From Ophelia neglecta (taxonomy: Eukaryota), in the NCBI GenBank assembly GCA_965285935.1, contig OZ260663.1:111600001-111664000 (forward strand): DNA of 64,000 nt, in the 5' to 3' direction. Under the pieces are notes generated by a model. The model saw only the letters and a list, made by a program, of their open reading frames with translations, ran no database searches and was not told the origin of the DNA. The position numbers and the translations under genes were made by a program. This document shows, one piece after another, positions 25,621 to 37,372 of the stretch; the stretch's first letter is position 1, and each line of letters opens with the position of its first letter.

Positions 25621-27619
25621 AAGGCGGGTTTGGGTTGGGGAGGGACTACCCATTCGCTTAAATATACTCAACCAACCACATGATGCACAAGCCAAATCTA
25701 TATATATGAACACATAACAAGGATCGCCCTGTGTTCGTATATAGCAATAACGGGTCAGAATGAAATTAAGTGACTATAGGCTCGAACTCCGCATGCTACG
25801 GAAGCCTAATTGGGTAACACAGGAAATTACTATATTTATCTGAACACGAAATTACGAGTGTAAAACTCGAAATTTCGTCTATATAAAAAAAAACCTCGAT
25901 ATCACGAAATTAATAACTTCATTTTAAATTCTAAATTACGTCTTAAACAGAAATTACGAAAACAAATCGAAATTAGAAGACAAAAAAATACTATTGTTTA
26001 GTATGGGAGGGCGTGGCAAAACGTTAATCTCATATACATGGAGGAGATTACAAGATTCAACTGATTGGTGCAGTGAATTCAGAGTTTGATGCTGGGTTCT
26101 AGGTAGACAATTATCCACTAATGTGTTTTGACTAATGAATCTTATATAAAGATTGTTTTTTGCCGCTGACAAAAATGGACGTAGTCCATTAATCATATAT
26201 AGTTTAAAATATATATATATATATATTTTAATTTGGAAGATACATGGTGCTGTATATCATTAATTTCGAATTTCATCTTTCTTATATATAGTTAAAAAGC
26301 ATTGTCGTTCTCCCTTACCATAACCCCACCTGACAGACGCTACCTGGAGACTTTTAATAACCCAAACCCCGACTCTTATCCTACCTGTAATCAGTGGGCT
26401 GAGATCGTTTAGACATTAATTAACCTATACCAATTTAAGAGTTATAAACGTCCGACATACAATGAGCATGAGACTTTGACGACGAAAATAAAGTATTATC
26501 GAAACATTGTATCCAGTACTTGAAGCATCACCGACACACAAACGTGGCGGGACACACCTAAAACACATAGATATGTTGTGGAGACCACTATATTGCAGGA
26601 TAACTATAAATCGAGATAAATGAGTAATTACTGTAGGATGAGTTCTTATATATCTTGGACACATTTGATTGGTTTAAGATCGATTGACATTCTCTGCCCC
26701 TTGTTATAGTACAACAGTATTTGTACGGCAATACAAAGACTTTTATATCAATTCTGTTATTAATCATTAGGGTATTAGGTTAAATAATTGCTGAAAATTA
26801 AGCCCATATTTAATGTCTGCGCCGCATATATGTGTTTGCATACAAACAGAAGCCTTCCTAATATTTTTATGGATATGGGTATTGAATCCTAGAATTGAGA
26901 GAGCCATGAGGGCTGTGACAGCAGACTTAATTGTACTGGACTGGTGGGAAGAGATACAGTTTCTGGGGATGAATAATTCAGCCGTTTACCAAGGAGGTGA
27001 TTGAGCCCCATCATTTTCCGGCATTCGCTGTCACCCACGAGATGATATTGTTTATGGCCTCAAGCTACGGAATGTTTGAGCTGGCAATCTGATCTCCATG
27101 TTCTCTGCGAGCCAGCCTTGTCCCGTGAGTGCCCGGGGTAGATTAGACCGTATTCCGACTTAGTTCTGACAAATTCCGGGAGTATCTATTAGATCTGGCT
27201 GGCGGCGGCGGGTATAGGTGAGTGATGGTTCTGTCGTCGACATACCGCGCGGAGAATCCGAGATGAGGCATTAAACCGCTCGCTCCATCATCTCCGGCTT
27301 TATGTAATAATCATTTATCTAATGTAATATGTCTGTGTCTCTGTTGACTGTGAATTCATGGATGCTAGCGCCGGGGATGGGAAGAAAGGCATTTTCTGCA
27401 TCCATCGAGGCTCTGTTTCCGAGCCCCACTGCAGGTCGCAAGGCATTTAGTGAGAAGCAGGCATTATCTCGGTACATCCAAGGCTCTTGTGTTCGGGCTG
27501 TTATACAGTTTGTGAGTTCTGGCCGGCCGGGGGTTGGGGGGGGGGGGGGGGGGGCGTTGTCCCGATACATCCGGGGCTCTGTGTCCGGGCTCCTATACAA
27601 GGCGTTGCTAGCAGCTTAA

Positions 27620-28280
27620 AATGTGGCGATGTCAGCTTGAATCGAAAGATGCCTGTGTGTATTACGTGTACGTCCAGCACCCTTGGGGCCGAGGCTCCTT
27701 CACAGTTATTACCCATTTTTAAGAAATTGAACATATTTAATCTTGATGGTTGTTATAACTACATGGTACCAATGTTCATGTATAAATCTGTTAATCACAT
27801 GCTACCAGAAAGTTTTAATGAAATGTGTGCTCTTAATTTAGAAGTCCACCACCATGTTACGCGACAATCCACTAAGCTCCATTTACCATTTAATAGAACA
27901 GCTACTATGCAAAGATCTTTGAAAGTAAGAGGGATAAAAATGTGGAACACTTTATGTAATGACATTAATGTTCATTGTAAAATGTCATCCTACAAGCAGA
28001 ATGGAAAAGTTTAACTATTATCCACTTCCAAATAACCAGCAGTATATCGTAAAAATTTAACAACTGCCTTTCTTATGCTTTTTTGGTTTGTCCTTTTCGT
28101 ATTGTTACTTATTTCTTTTTTTTCTGGGGGGGGATTCACATAGCTTTTCTTTACTGTCTTCATGTACCTTATCACTATATATTTGGTTGACACCATGTTT
28201 GCACTGTTCTGCATTGTACTTGAGTGCCTAATGACAGGGTATATACAGCACTAGTTGTCAAGCCCTCTTTGCCAAATTTA
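27620..28280 (+). mobile_element. Degenerate LINE 3' fragment (post-RT C-terminus and 3' UTR)
   Basis: PIFKKLNI...FMYKSVNHMLP...HHHVTRQSTKLHLP..RT...SLKVRGIKMWNTL resembles the C-terminus of the 21.3-kb LINE ORF. Confidence 0.8.
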
Positions 28281-28314
28281 TCAAAGGAACAGAGAGAGAC
28301 GCTACTGGCCCATT

Positions 28315-29090
28315 CTGGCTGTAAACAGGATAGATTACAGTTGTAGGGGTAAAACATTACTGTAATCATGGTAGATTTGAGCTGTAAGCAGGTTAGGTTC
28401 GTCTTGTAAGCGGGGTAGATTTGGGTTGTAAGCAGGTTAGGTTCGGCTTGCAAGCGGGGTAGATTTGGGCTGTAAGCAGGTAAGATTCGGGCTGTAAGCA
28501 GGTAAGGTTCGGCTTGTAAGCGGGGTAAATTTGGGCTGTAAGCAGGTTAGGTTCGTCTTGTAAGCAAGGTAGATTTGGGCTGTAAGCAGGTAAGATTCGG
28601 CTTGTAAGCGGGGTAAATTTGGGCTGTAAGCAGGTTAGGTTCGTCTTGTAAGCAGGGTAGATTTGGGCTGTAAGCAGGTTAGATTTGGGCTGTAAGCAGG
28701 TTAGGTTCGGCTTGTAAGCAAGTTAGATTTGGGCTGTAAGCAGGTTAGGTTCGGCTTGTAAGCAGGGTAGATTTGGGCTGTAAGCAGGGCACAACCTGTT
28801 TGTATGCAAGGTAAATAAAATTTGTAAGCAGGGTAGATTAGAGGTTGTAAGTATGGTAGATTCGGGTTGTTAGCAGGGTAGATTAGTGTTGTAAATATGG
28901 TAAATTCGGGTTGTTAGCAGGGTAGATTAGTGTTGTAAGTATGGTAAATTCGGGTTGTTAGCAGGGTAGATTAGTGTTGTAAGTATGGTAAATTCGGGTT
29001 TTAAGCTGGGTAGATTAGTGTTGTAAGTATGGTAGATTAGAGTGGTAAACAGGGTAGATTTGTGTTGTAAGTATGGTAGATTAGAGTTTG
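28315..29090. repeat. Minisatellite, 22-bp unit with two sub-domains
   Basis: gtaagc-like core at 28384, 28406, 28428, 28450 and onward. A 44-bp dimer variant appears from about 28845. Confidence 0.93.
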
Positions 29091-29594
29091 CCTAACAGTT
29101 TATTGGTACTCTTTCACCAGCGCATCTTGTATGCCCTTATATATATATGTCTTATAAAGCACGTGTTGAACACTTTAACACAATTCTATCTCTATTGCAG
29201 GTATATAGATGTTTGATGCCATGCCTACGGGTGGGTCAGGAACTAGGCGGTGATATTAACCGCGCAGGAATACATCCTTGAGTGGTAGGAAAGTAAACGC
29301 CACTGAGCTAACATGAACAGTTTTATGATGCCCATGCTGGTATTGACAGCTCGACAGTCATCAGGTCTGCGTGATTAGGCCGGAGGGCACGCCAACATTA
29401 CGAGTAGGATAACTACATAATGATTTATCATTATTTTAGTCCTAGCTCAGATAAGCTGAACGGATAAATTGCCAGCTTAATTGGACAAAACTGTATAAAC
29501 CGCATTGACACAGCGCTGTGTACTGGTGCACGCCTCGGGCAGTAAGATTCAAGTATGTCCTGGTTCAGGGAACCGGCCTAAGCTCAGTGCAGGG

Positions 29595-30430
29595 ATAATT
29601 CGTCAAACTCGGAGCTGAACTAACTAGAGGAATACGCCTCTGACTTTAGGGTGCTTGACTCTCTCAGTTACCAGTCGAAGGTCAAAGAAGGATAACGCGT
29701 CAAATTCTGAACATAAATATCTAGACGGATACGCCTCACTCAATTTAGGGTACCTTGACCATCTCGGATATCAGTCTAAGGTTAAAGGAGGGTAACGCGT
29801 CAAAATCTGGGCAGAACTAACTAGACGGCTACTCCTCTCTCACTTTAGGGTACCTTGACCCTCTCGGATACCTGTCTACGCGTCAAAATCAGGGCAGAAC
29901 TAATTAGACGGATACGCCTCACTGACTTTAGGGTACCTTGACCCACCTCGGATACCTGTCTACGCGTCAAAAGCTGGGCAGAACTAATAAGACGGATACG
30001 CCTCACTCAATTTAGGGTACCTTGACCCTTTCGGATACCTGTCTACGCGTCAAAGGAGGGTAACAGGTCAAAATCTGGGCAGAACTAATTAGACGGATAC
30101 GCCTCACTGACTATAGGGTACCTTGACCCACCTCGGATACCTGTCTACGCGTCGAAATCTGAGCTTAACTAACTAGTCGGATACGCCTAACTGACTTTGG
30201 GGTACCTTGACCTTCTGGGATACCAGTCTAGGGTCAAAGTAGGGTAACGCGTCAAAATTTGGGCAGAACTAACTAGACGGATACGCTCCACTGACTTTAG
30301 GGTACCTTCACCCACTCGGATACCAGTCTAAGGTCAAAGAAGGGTAGCGTTAAAATCTGAGCATAACTACCTAGTCGGATACGCCTCACTGACTTTAGGG
30401 TACCTTGACTCTTTCGGATACCAGTCTGAA
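29595..30430. repeat. Tandem repeat with 100-bp and 83-bp unit variants
   Basis: cgcgtcaaa at 29696, 29796, 29879, 29963 and 30046. Most units carry ttagggtaccttgacc. Confidence 0.92.
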
Positions 30431-31006
30431 GTGATGTTAGGATAACGTTTTTCCACCGGATGTAGCCTGAGCTAGTTTCCACCGCGGATACGCAGGCAAT
30501 ACGGAAACCTAGAATATAGGATACTATAAAGTTGGATACATTGGTGGTTGTTCTCAGACACAGATTGATTCCTATATGAGCACTGTGTGGCGCCCCGGGC
30601 GGGAGACCCCCTCCCCCTATATCTGGTCGTCATGGTAACCAGAGAGCGAATCCCGAGCGTCTTACCCAAGTCGTGTGGCGGTAGGATGAGTTGCCTGTTT
30701 CTGATTGTGATACCTATGTTAGGGACCCTGACGCTCGCCGGACTCTGGATGCTCAGGTGTAAACAGGTAGGTCCTCACCACTTAATAAACACAAACCAAC
30801 TTGGCATGATCCATTGTACTGTTCCCCGAGGCAGCAGCCTGTAGTAGACGGGTGGGTGCCGCCCACGCCAAAGAATTCGGCACCCTTATCCTTAAACAAT
30901 CGGGATATCAGGGGGGGGGGGGGGGGGGGTTGTGGATTGTTAAGATGGGAACGACAAGGTATGGGTAGAGGCGGGTTGGAGAAAGGGCAAGGAGAAGACC
31001 GGGGCT

Positions 31007-31007
<1 letters not shown>

Positions 31008-31048
<41 letters not shown>
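31008..31048. repeat. (GA)n microsatellite
   Basis: Direct reading. Confidence 0.95.
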
Positions 31049-31051
<3 letters not shown>

Positions 31052-32439
31052 GTGGGGGATATGAGTTTTGGGATGAGGGTTTAAAATTAGAAGAATGGAG
31101 AGGCGAGGGATGGGTGGCGCCGTAGGGGAAGGCGACGAGTGGAAAGGGGATAGATGGATGGCGGTGTGTGGGCAGGCAGAGTGGACAGTGCTGGGGTGGA
31201 GGGGTGGAGGTGACGTTGGAGGAGGGAGGCCTTAGGATTTATATCACCGTAAAACCATCAGCCGCTCTTGTGATGCGCTCTGATAAATGCCAATAATATG
31301 AAGCCATCATACCAGGCCGCACCTTTAATATTTTACTGCGCATATGTGTACAGGCAACCATGTGTGAACAAGGCGGTTCATATAATGTATGGTATCATTG
31401 TAATTACCTTTTAACGCCCTTTATGTGCGAGCTCCAGGAAGAAGTTTTCATGAGACACCCACGGAGGTGTCAGCATCAGAAACACAGACTAGTGCGTAAT
31501 GTCTGTGACGACTGTGGATAAGAATAGATGGCCGCCATTGATTTGAGAGAATGGTGGCTTTCTTATAACATTGTGTGGGAGTTCCCGGTGATAGGGCAAA
31601 TATTAAGAGGGAAGCGTAGCTCTGTATAACATAGAAAAATAATAACTCGGCATAATATAAATTAATTACTATGACTCTACCTTCTTGTATATATTTTCTT
31701 GTTTAAAATAGAAAAATTCTCGAGAAGGGGTCGTAGCTCTGTATAATATAAAGTGATTACGTGGACTGGACGACACTCTGGCGTAGTTCTGTATAACAGT
31801 ACATAATACATGTAACATATGGGCTTAGAGACGTCACAATCTCTCATTTCTAATGTATTTCCAGCTGCATATGCTATTTCCCCGTTTTATTACACTAGAT
31901 ACTCGTTTTATAATGATGTGTAATACAGCAATGTGATTATTTATAATATGACTCGGTTATTGAGGGTCCATCTGTTAACAATCGATCTGTTACCGGGGAT
32001 GAGGTCACATGATATGATTAAGTCGTGCTGAGCGTCTGTCAGTTAGTGAAATCTCCAGGTGTAATGTAACCCTATACAGCTATCATATATCTATCACCTC
32101 ACCTTAACAAAGACCGCCGCCGCGTGTGGATGACATTACACGGTATTATTATTACAGTATTAACTGCTTATCATTGTCATCGCCCCTGACACAATGATTA
32201 ACGTCATCAGCGCCGACTCATTCCCGAGTCGATAATGACGCAGCTTCGTCACATCAGATGCCATTTAACAACACATTAAATATCAGGTGACAAATGAAAG
32301 CGATTTAGTTTAGAATGGTAGTTTTATAATTATCGACAAGATATTGTGATTACGTAGATGTACAATATGCAGTACGTAGCTCTTTCTCGCCGTGGCGCGG
32401 CCGTACCTTGGGATACCGCGGCCTACAGAGTAGCCTGAA

Positions 32440-33245
32440 CGTACCCCGGTGTGCCTCGGCCTTCGTAGTGATTCGGCATTACTTCGGCGTGCCCCGGCCC
32501 CTAGAGTAGGTCGGCCTTACTTCGGCGTGCCTCGGCCCTCGGAGTAGCTCAGCATTACTTCGGCGTGCCTCGGCCCTCGGAGTAGCTCGGCATTACTTCG
32601 GCGTGCCTCGGCCCTCGGAGTAGCTCGATTTACTTCGGCGTGCCCCGGCCCTCGGAGTAGGTCGGCATTACTTCGGCGTGCCCTGGCCCTCGGATTACCT
32701 CGGCGTTACTTCGGCGTACCTCGGCCCTCGGAGTAGGTCGGCATTACTTCGGAGTGCCCCGGCCCTCGGAGTAGCTCGGCATTACTTCGGCGTGCCCCGG
32801 CCTTCGGAGTAGCTCGGCCTTACTTCGGCGTGCCCCGGCCCTCGGAGTAGCTCGGCCTTACTTCGGCGTGCCCCGGCCTTCGGAGTAGCTCGGCATTTCT
32901 TCGGCGTGCCCCGGCCCTCGGAGTAGCTCGGCATTAATTCGGCGTGCCCTCGGAGTAGCTCGGCATTACTTCGGCGTGCCCTCGGAGTAGCTCGGCATTA
33001 ATTCGGCGTGCCCCGGCCTTCGGAGTAGCTCGGCATTTTTTCGGCGTGCACTGGACCTCGGAGTAGCTCGGCATTACTTCGGCGTGCCCTCGGAGTAGGT
33101 GGGCATAACTTCGGCGTGCCCCGGCCCTCGGAGTAGCTCGGCGTTGCTGGGCCCTTGGCGTAGCTCGGTCGTAGTTCGGCGTGCCTCGGTCTCAGTGTAG
33201 CTTAGCCCTCGACGCAGCTCCACATTACTCAGGCGTGCCTCGAGG
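32440..33245. repeat. CpG-rich minisatellite, 38-bp unit
   Basis: ggccctcggagtagctcggcattacttcggcgtgcccc (32761, 32799 and onward), with some 32-bp deletion variants. Confidence 0.96.
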
Positions 33246-33894
33246 CTGACACCATCATATCACCAATAATCTCTCATTGCTGGCATGAACGGAAGCTCGG
33301 CCTTTAAAGTTTTGTACGGTCATAACAGAACAAATCCGTTGTCTAATGTATTATGAAGATAAGCACTGCGCCGGAGAAAACTATCGTCCTTCACAATTCA
33401 GTCTATACAATAGGAAAATCTAAAACCAAACTCCACAAGCACAAGAAGAGGTACCGAGAACGTGTACCACCAGCTGTCATATACTGAAATCCCCTCCACT
33501 GTGTAACCAACAGGAATGGTAGTACGAAGTACACTTAATATAAACTTTGACATTCTATGAAGGTCATTAGCTTGAGGATGAGTTATTGATGTCTCGTTTT
33601 AAGCTGTACTATCAGCAGCATGCGTATTTTATCGGAGAACGTTAATCGATTGCATGACCTGATTATTACCGTAGGGTCTGCTCATAATTAATACTTTGTA
33701 TCGGATCCAGCATTTCTGAGACCTATGGGCCAGCCTGTGTGATCGGTCGTGAGGTGAGGTATACTACTTTCCAGAGGGGGGGGCAGGAGGAAGGGGGGGG
33801 GGGTCTATGGCTTGAACACACAGACCCCACGAGGAGTGCACATAACATAACTTTGATACGGGGTCCATTATTACAAAGAATGGAGAGGGAGTAG

Positions 33895-35400
33895 ACTCCT
33901 AACCCCTCTCTCTCTCTCTCCATCTCTATGTGCCTAAAGTCCTAACCCCCGCCCTCCTCTCCCCTTTTGTCTCTGTGTACTTAGAGTCCTAACCCCGCCC
34001 TCCTCTCCCTTTTTGTCTCTGTGTTCGTAAAGTCCTAACCCCGCCCTCCTCTCCCCTTTTGTCTCTGTGTATGTAGAGTCCTAACCCCGCCCTCGTCTCC
34101 CCTTTTGTCTGTGTACGTAGAGTCCTAACCCCGCCCTCCTCTCCCCTTTTGTCTCTGTGTACGTAAAGTCCTAACCCCGCCCTCCTCTCCCCTTTTGTCT
34201 CTGTGTACGTAGAGTCCTAACCCCGCCTTCCTCTCCCCTCTTGTCTCTGTGTACGTAGAGTCCTAACCCCGCCCTCCTCTCCCCTTTTGTCTCTGTGTAC
34301 GTAGAGTCCTAACCCCGCCCGCCCTCCTCTCCCCTTTTGTCTCTGTGTACGTAAAGTCCTAACCCCGCCCTCCTCTCCCCTTTTGTCTTTGTGTACGTAG
34401 AGTCCTAACCCCGCCTTCCTCTCCCCTTTTGTCTCTGTGTACGGAGAGTCCTAACCCCGCCCTCCTCTCCCCTTTTGTCTTTGTGTACGTAGAGTCCTAA
34501 CCCCGCCCGCCCTCCTCTCCCCTTTTGTCTCTGTGTACGTAAAGTCCTAACCCCGCCCTCCTCTCCCCTTTTGTCTTTGTGTACGTAGAGTCCTAACCCC
34601 GCCTTCCTCTCCCCTTTTGTCTCTGTGTATGTAGAGTCCTAACCCCGCCCTCCTCTTCCCTTTTGTCTCTGTGTACGTAGAGTCCTAACCCCGCCCTCCT
34701 CTCCCCTTTTGTCTTTGTGTACGTAAAGTCCTAACCCCGCCCTCCTCTCCCCTTTTGTCTTTCTGTACGTAGAGTCCTAACCCCGCCTTCCTCTCCCCTT
34801 TTGTCTCTGTGTATGTAGAGTCCTAACCCCGCCCTCCTCTCCCCTTTTGTCTCTGTGTACGTAGAGTCCTAACCCCGCCTTCCTCTCCCCTTTTGTCTTT
34901 GTGTACGTAGGGTCCTAACCCCGCCCTCCTCTCCCCTTTTGTCTTTGTGTACGTAGAGTCCTAACCCCGCCCTCCTCTCCCCTTTTGTCTCTGTGTACGT
35001 AGAGTCCTAACCCCGCCCTCCTCTCCCCTTTTGTCTCTGTGTACGTAAAGTCCTAACCCCGCCCTCCTCTCCCCTTTTGTCTCTGTGTATGTAGAGTCCT
35101 AACCCCGCCCTCCTCTCCCCTTTTGTCTCTATGTACGTAGAGTCCTAACCCCGTCTTCCTCTCCCTTTTGTCTTTGTGTACGTAGCGTCCTAACCCCGCC
35201 TTCCTCTCCCCTTTTGTCTCTGTGTACGAAGAGTCCTAACCCCGTCTTCCTCTCCCCTTTTGTCTCTGTGTACGTAGAGTCCTAACCCCTCTCTCTCCCC
35301 ATCTCTATGTGCCGAAGGTCCCAACCCCCGCCCTCGCCCCCTTCCTCTCCTTGCGTCCCTCTGTACGTAGAGTCCTAACCCCGCTCAGCTCTCCCCGTCC
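33895..35400. repeat. Pyrimidine-rich minisatellite, 46-bp unit, about 30 copies
   Basis: agtcctaaccccgccctcctctccccttttgtctctgtgtacgtag (34681, 34727 and onward). Confidence 0.97.
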
Positions 35401-36511
35401 CTCTGTAAATATAGTCACCCCCTACCTCCCCTCCCCCACCCCCTCTTCCCTTCCATCTCTACGTACTATCCCCCGCTCCCTTTCGCCCCTCTTCCTATCC
35501 CTCTCTAGGTCAGCCTTATTTCCACCCAGTGCCCCCGTCTCCCCTTCCCTATGTACGTTTAGTCCTAACTCCGGCCCCGCCCGCTTCCTGTTCTATTGCA
35601 TTTATATCAACAGAAGAGATCTATTCTTCAACGGGCCCGACCTGCAAGTGATTAATCTCTGCCCCCCTCCCCCCCCCCCCCCGCCCGGCCATGACCCCTT
35701 ATTTCACCCACAGCCTCGACATCTCTACCAGCTTTGATGATCTCTTAATTAGGTCCACAATATCGCCAGAATACGGACTTGTATAGTAACTGGCACAGGG
35801 CAGGTGTTTCGTCTGTTCTCACTCAGCGTATAGCTTGGTTAACATGCTGTTCAAGGCTATATTTCACATCCGGGTACCGTTATTTTCCGGCATCCTGTCC
35901 CATAAAATTTCCCTGTGTGATGTTTATGATGCTGATTGCTAGGAAAACATCACCCGGTCAATAATCATTGCACATCTCATGTATAGGCAAGACTCACTAA
36001 ACCGGATCAACCCGTTGAATATTAAATAAGGGCAATGTCTACATAAATGATGACTTGAACACGTTTTGCTTTTTTAATGCAAGTATTGTTTTATTGGCAG
36101 GGGTTCCGGGCTTCTTGCTTGTCCCCCTCTCTCCCCACTTTACACCCATCCAAGCCCCCCGTCCCCCCCCCCCCCCGCGCCTGGTTTTAGACCATGGCCC
36201 TATCGTCTAGACCGCTCCCATGACCAAAGGTACCCGACGAAAGGACAATAAAGCCCCGGAAAGGGCCTAAGGCACAAATGGCCTAGCAAGCTCCCATAGA
36301 CAATAACGGCCTACGAGGGCCCTTGTACAACAACCGGTCTCTGAGAGTCTTTGGGCAACAAAGGCCCGCGAGGGCCTTAGGCCCCAATGGAACAGCGGCG
36401 GCCATTAGAAAATATAACGTGAAGTAAATAGAGCGGAACGCAGATTGGTTCTACATGCGGGTTATTTATAAGATCATGATCGATTAGGTGATTACGCTGT
36501 AATTAGAGATT

Positions 36512-36687
36512 CAGGGAACCTGCTTAAAGACCACTTCTGTAATCAAACCACCTGCCCATTCAGACCACGGATATGGTGACCATGCTATATGCTTTCAATG
36601 TTATATAACCTGTCTAAACCGACCACCTCTGAAATCATTCCAGTATTTTCCAGTCCCTTTGGTGGTCTTAATTCACCGGTTTTTCTG
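36512..36687. mobile_element. Tc1/mariner-type MITE, copy 3 (more diverged)
   Basis: cagggaacctg...ccggtttttctg-ta. Shares aaagaccac, taacctgtctaaac and ggtggtcttaattcac with the other two copies. Confidence 0.8.
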
Positions 36688-37194
36688 TACTTTGGTTAAC
36701 TGAGAAGCCAGCGCTTTGAATTCAATAATCGTAGCAGGTGGTGTGACGTAGAATAGTTTATGGCCCTCTAAACACTGCTAACACTCTTTGTAATTCTCGT
36801 GATAAGCCCATTAATCTTGTTGTCGTTACAATTTAATCATATTATTTTATCGGCGGCGGTTAGACCACGGGGCAAGTCGGCATGGAAGACATTACAATGT
36901 CGTATATGGGAATATATCTGGCACCGCGGGGCACTAAACCGGGCGGCGGCGACACATAAACATCCTGGAGTCATCCGGGAGGATTCCGACGTGACCTTAT
37001 CCTCGACCAATCCTTACTCATCTAAAGCTCGACAGCTCATTTCTGAAGCAAACTAAGATGACTCTTTTTCTACTTAAGTCCGTCGGCTCATTTCTGATAT
37101 AATAACGCTGGTTTGGCTGTGTAATGTCTGTTTTACCTTATTAAATCACGGCCTGGCTGGCGTATGCAAACCATGTAATGCTCATTCAGACGCA

Positions 37195-37372
37195 CAGTGA
37201 AACTTGCCTTAAAGACCACCTCTATAATCAGACCACCTGTCAATTCAGATCACTAATATGAGGACCCGGTTGTATACTTTCATTGTTAAATAACCCGTCT
37301 AAACAGACCACCTCCAAAATCAGACCAGCATTTTCCAGTCCTTTGCCTGGTCTTAATTCACAGGTTTCAGTG
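37195..37372. mobile_element. Tc1/mariner-type MITE, copy 2
   Basis: cagtgaaacttg...caggtttcagtg-ta, collinear with 44086-44263. Confidence 0.85.

Noticed and set aside
27617-27660. LKCGDVSLN resembling a 2A-like ribosome-skipping motif
   Set aside because: It lacks the essential NPGP, and the position corresponds to the degenerate LQKKxxRII region of the LINE C-terminus.
33895-35400. Interstitial telomeric repeat
   Set aside because: Only a single CCTAAC core per 46-bp unit and no (TTAGGG)n run.
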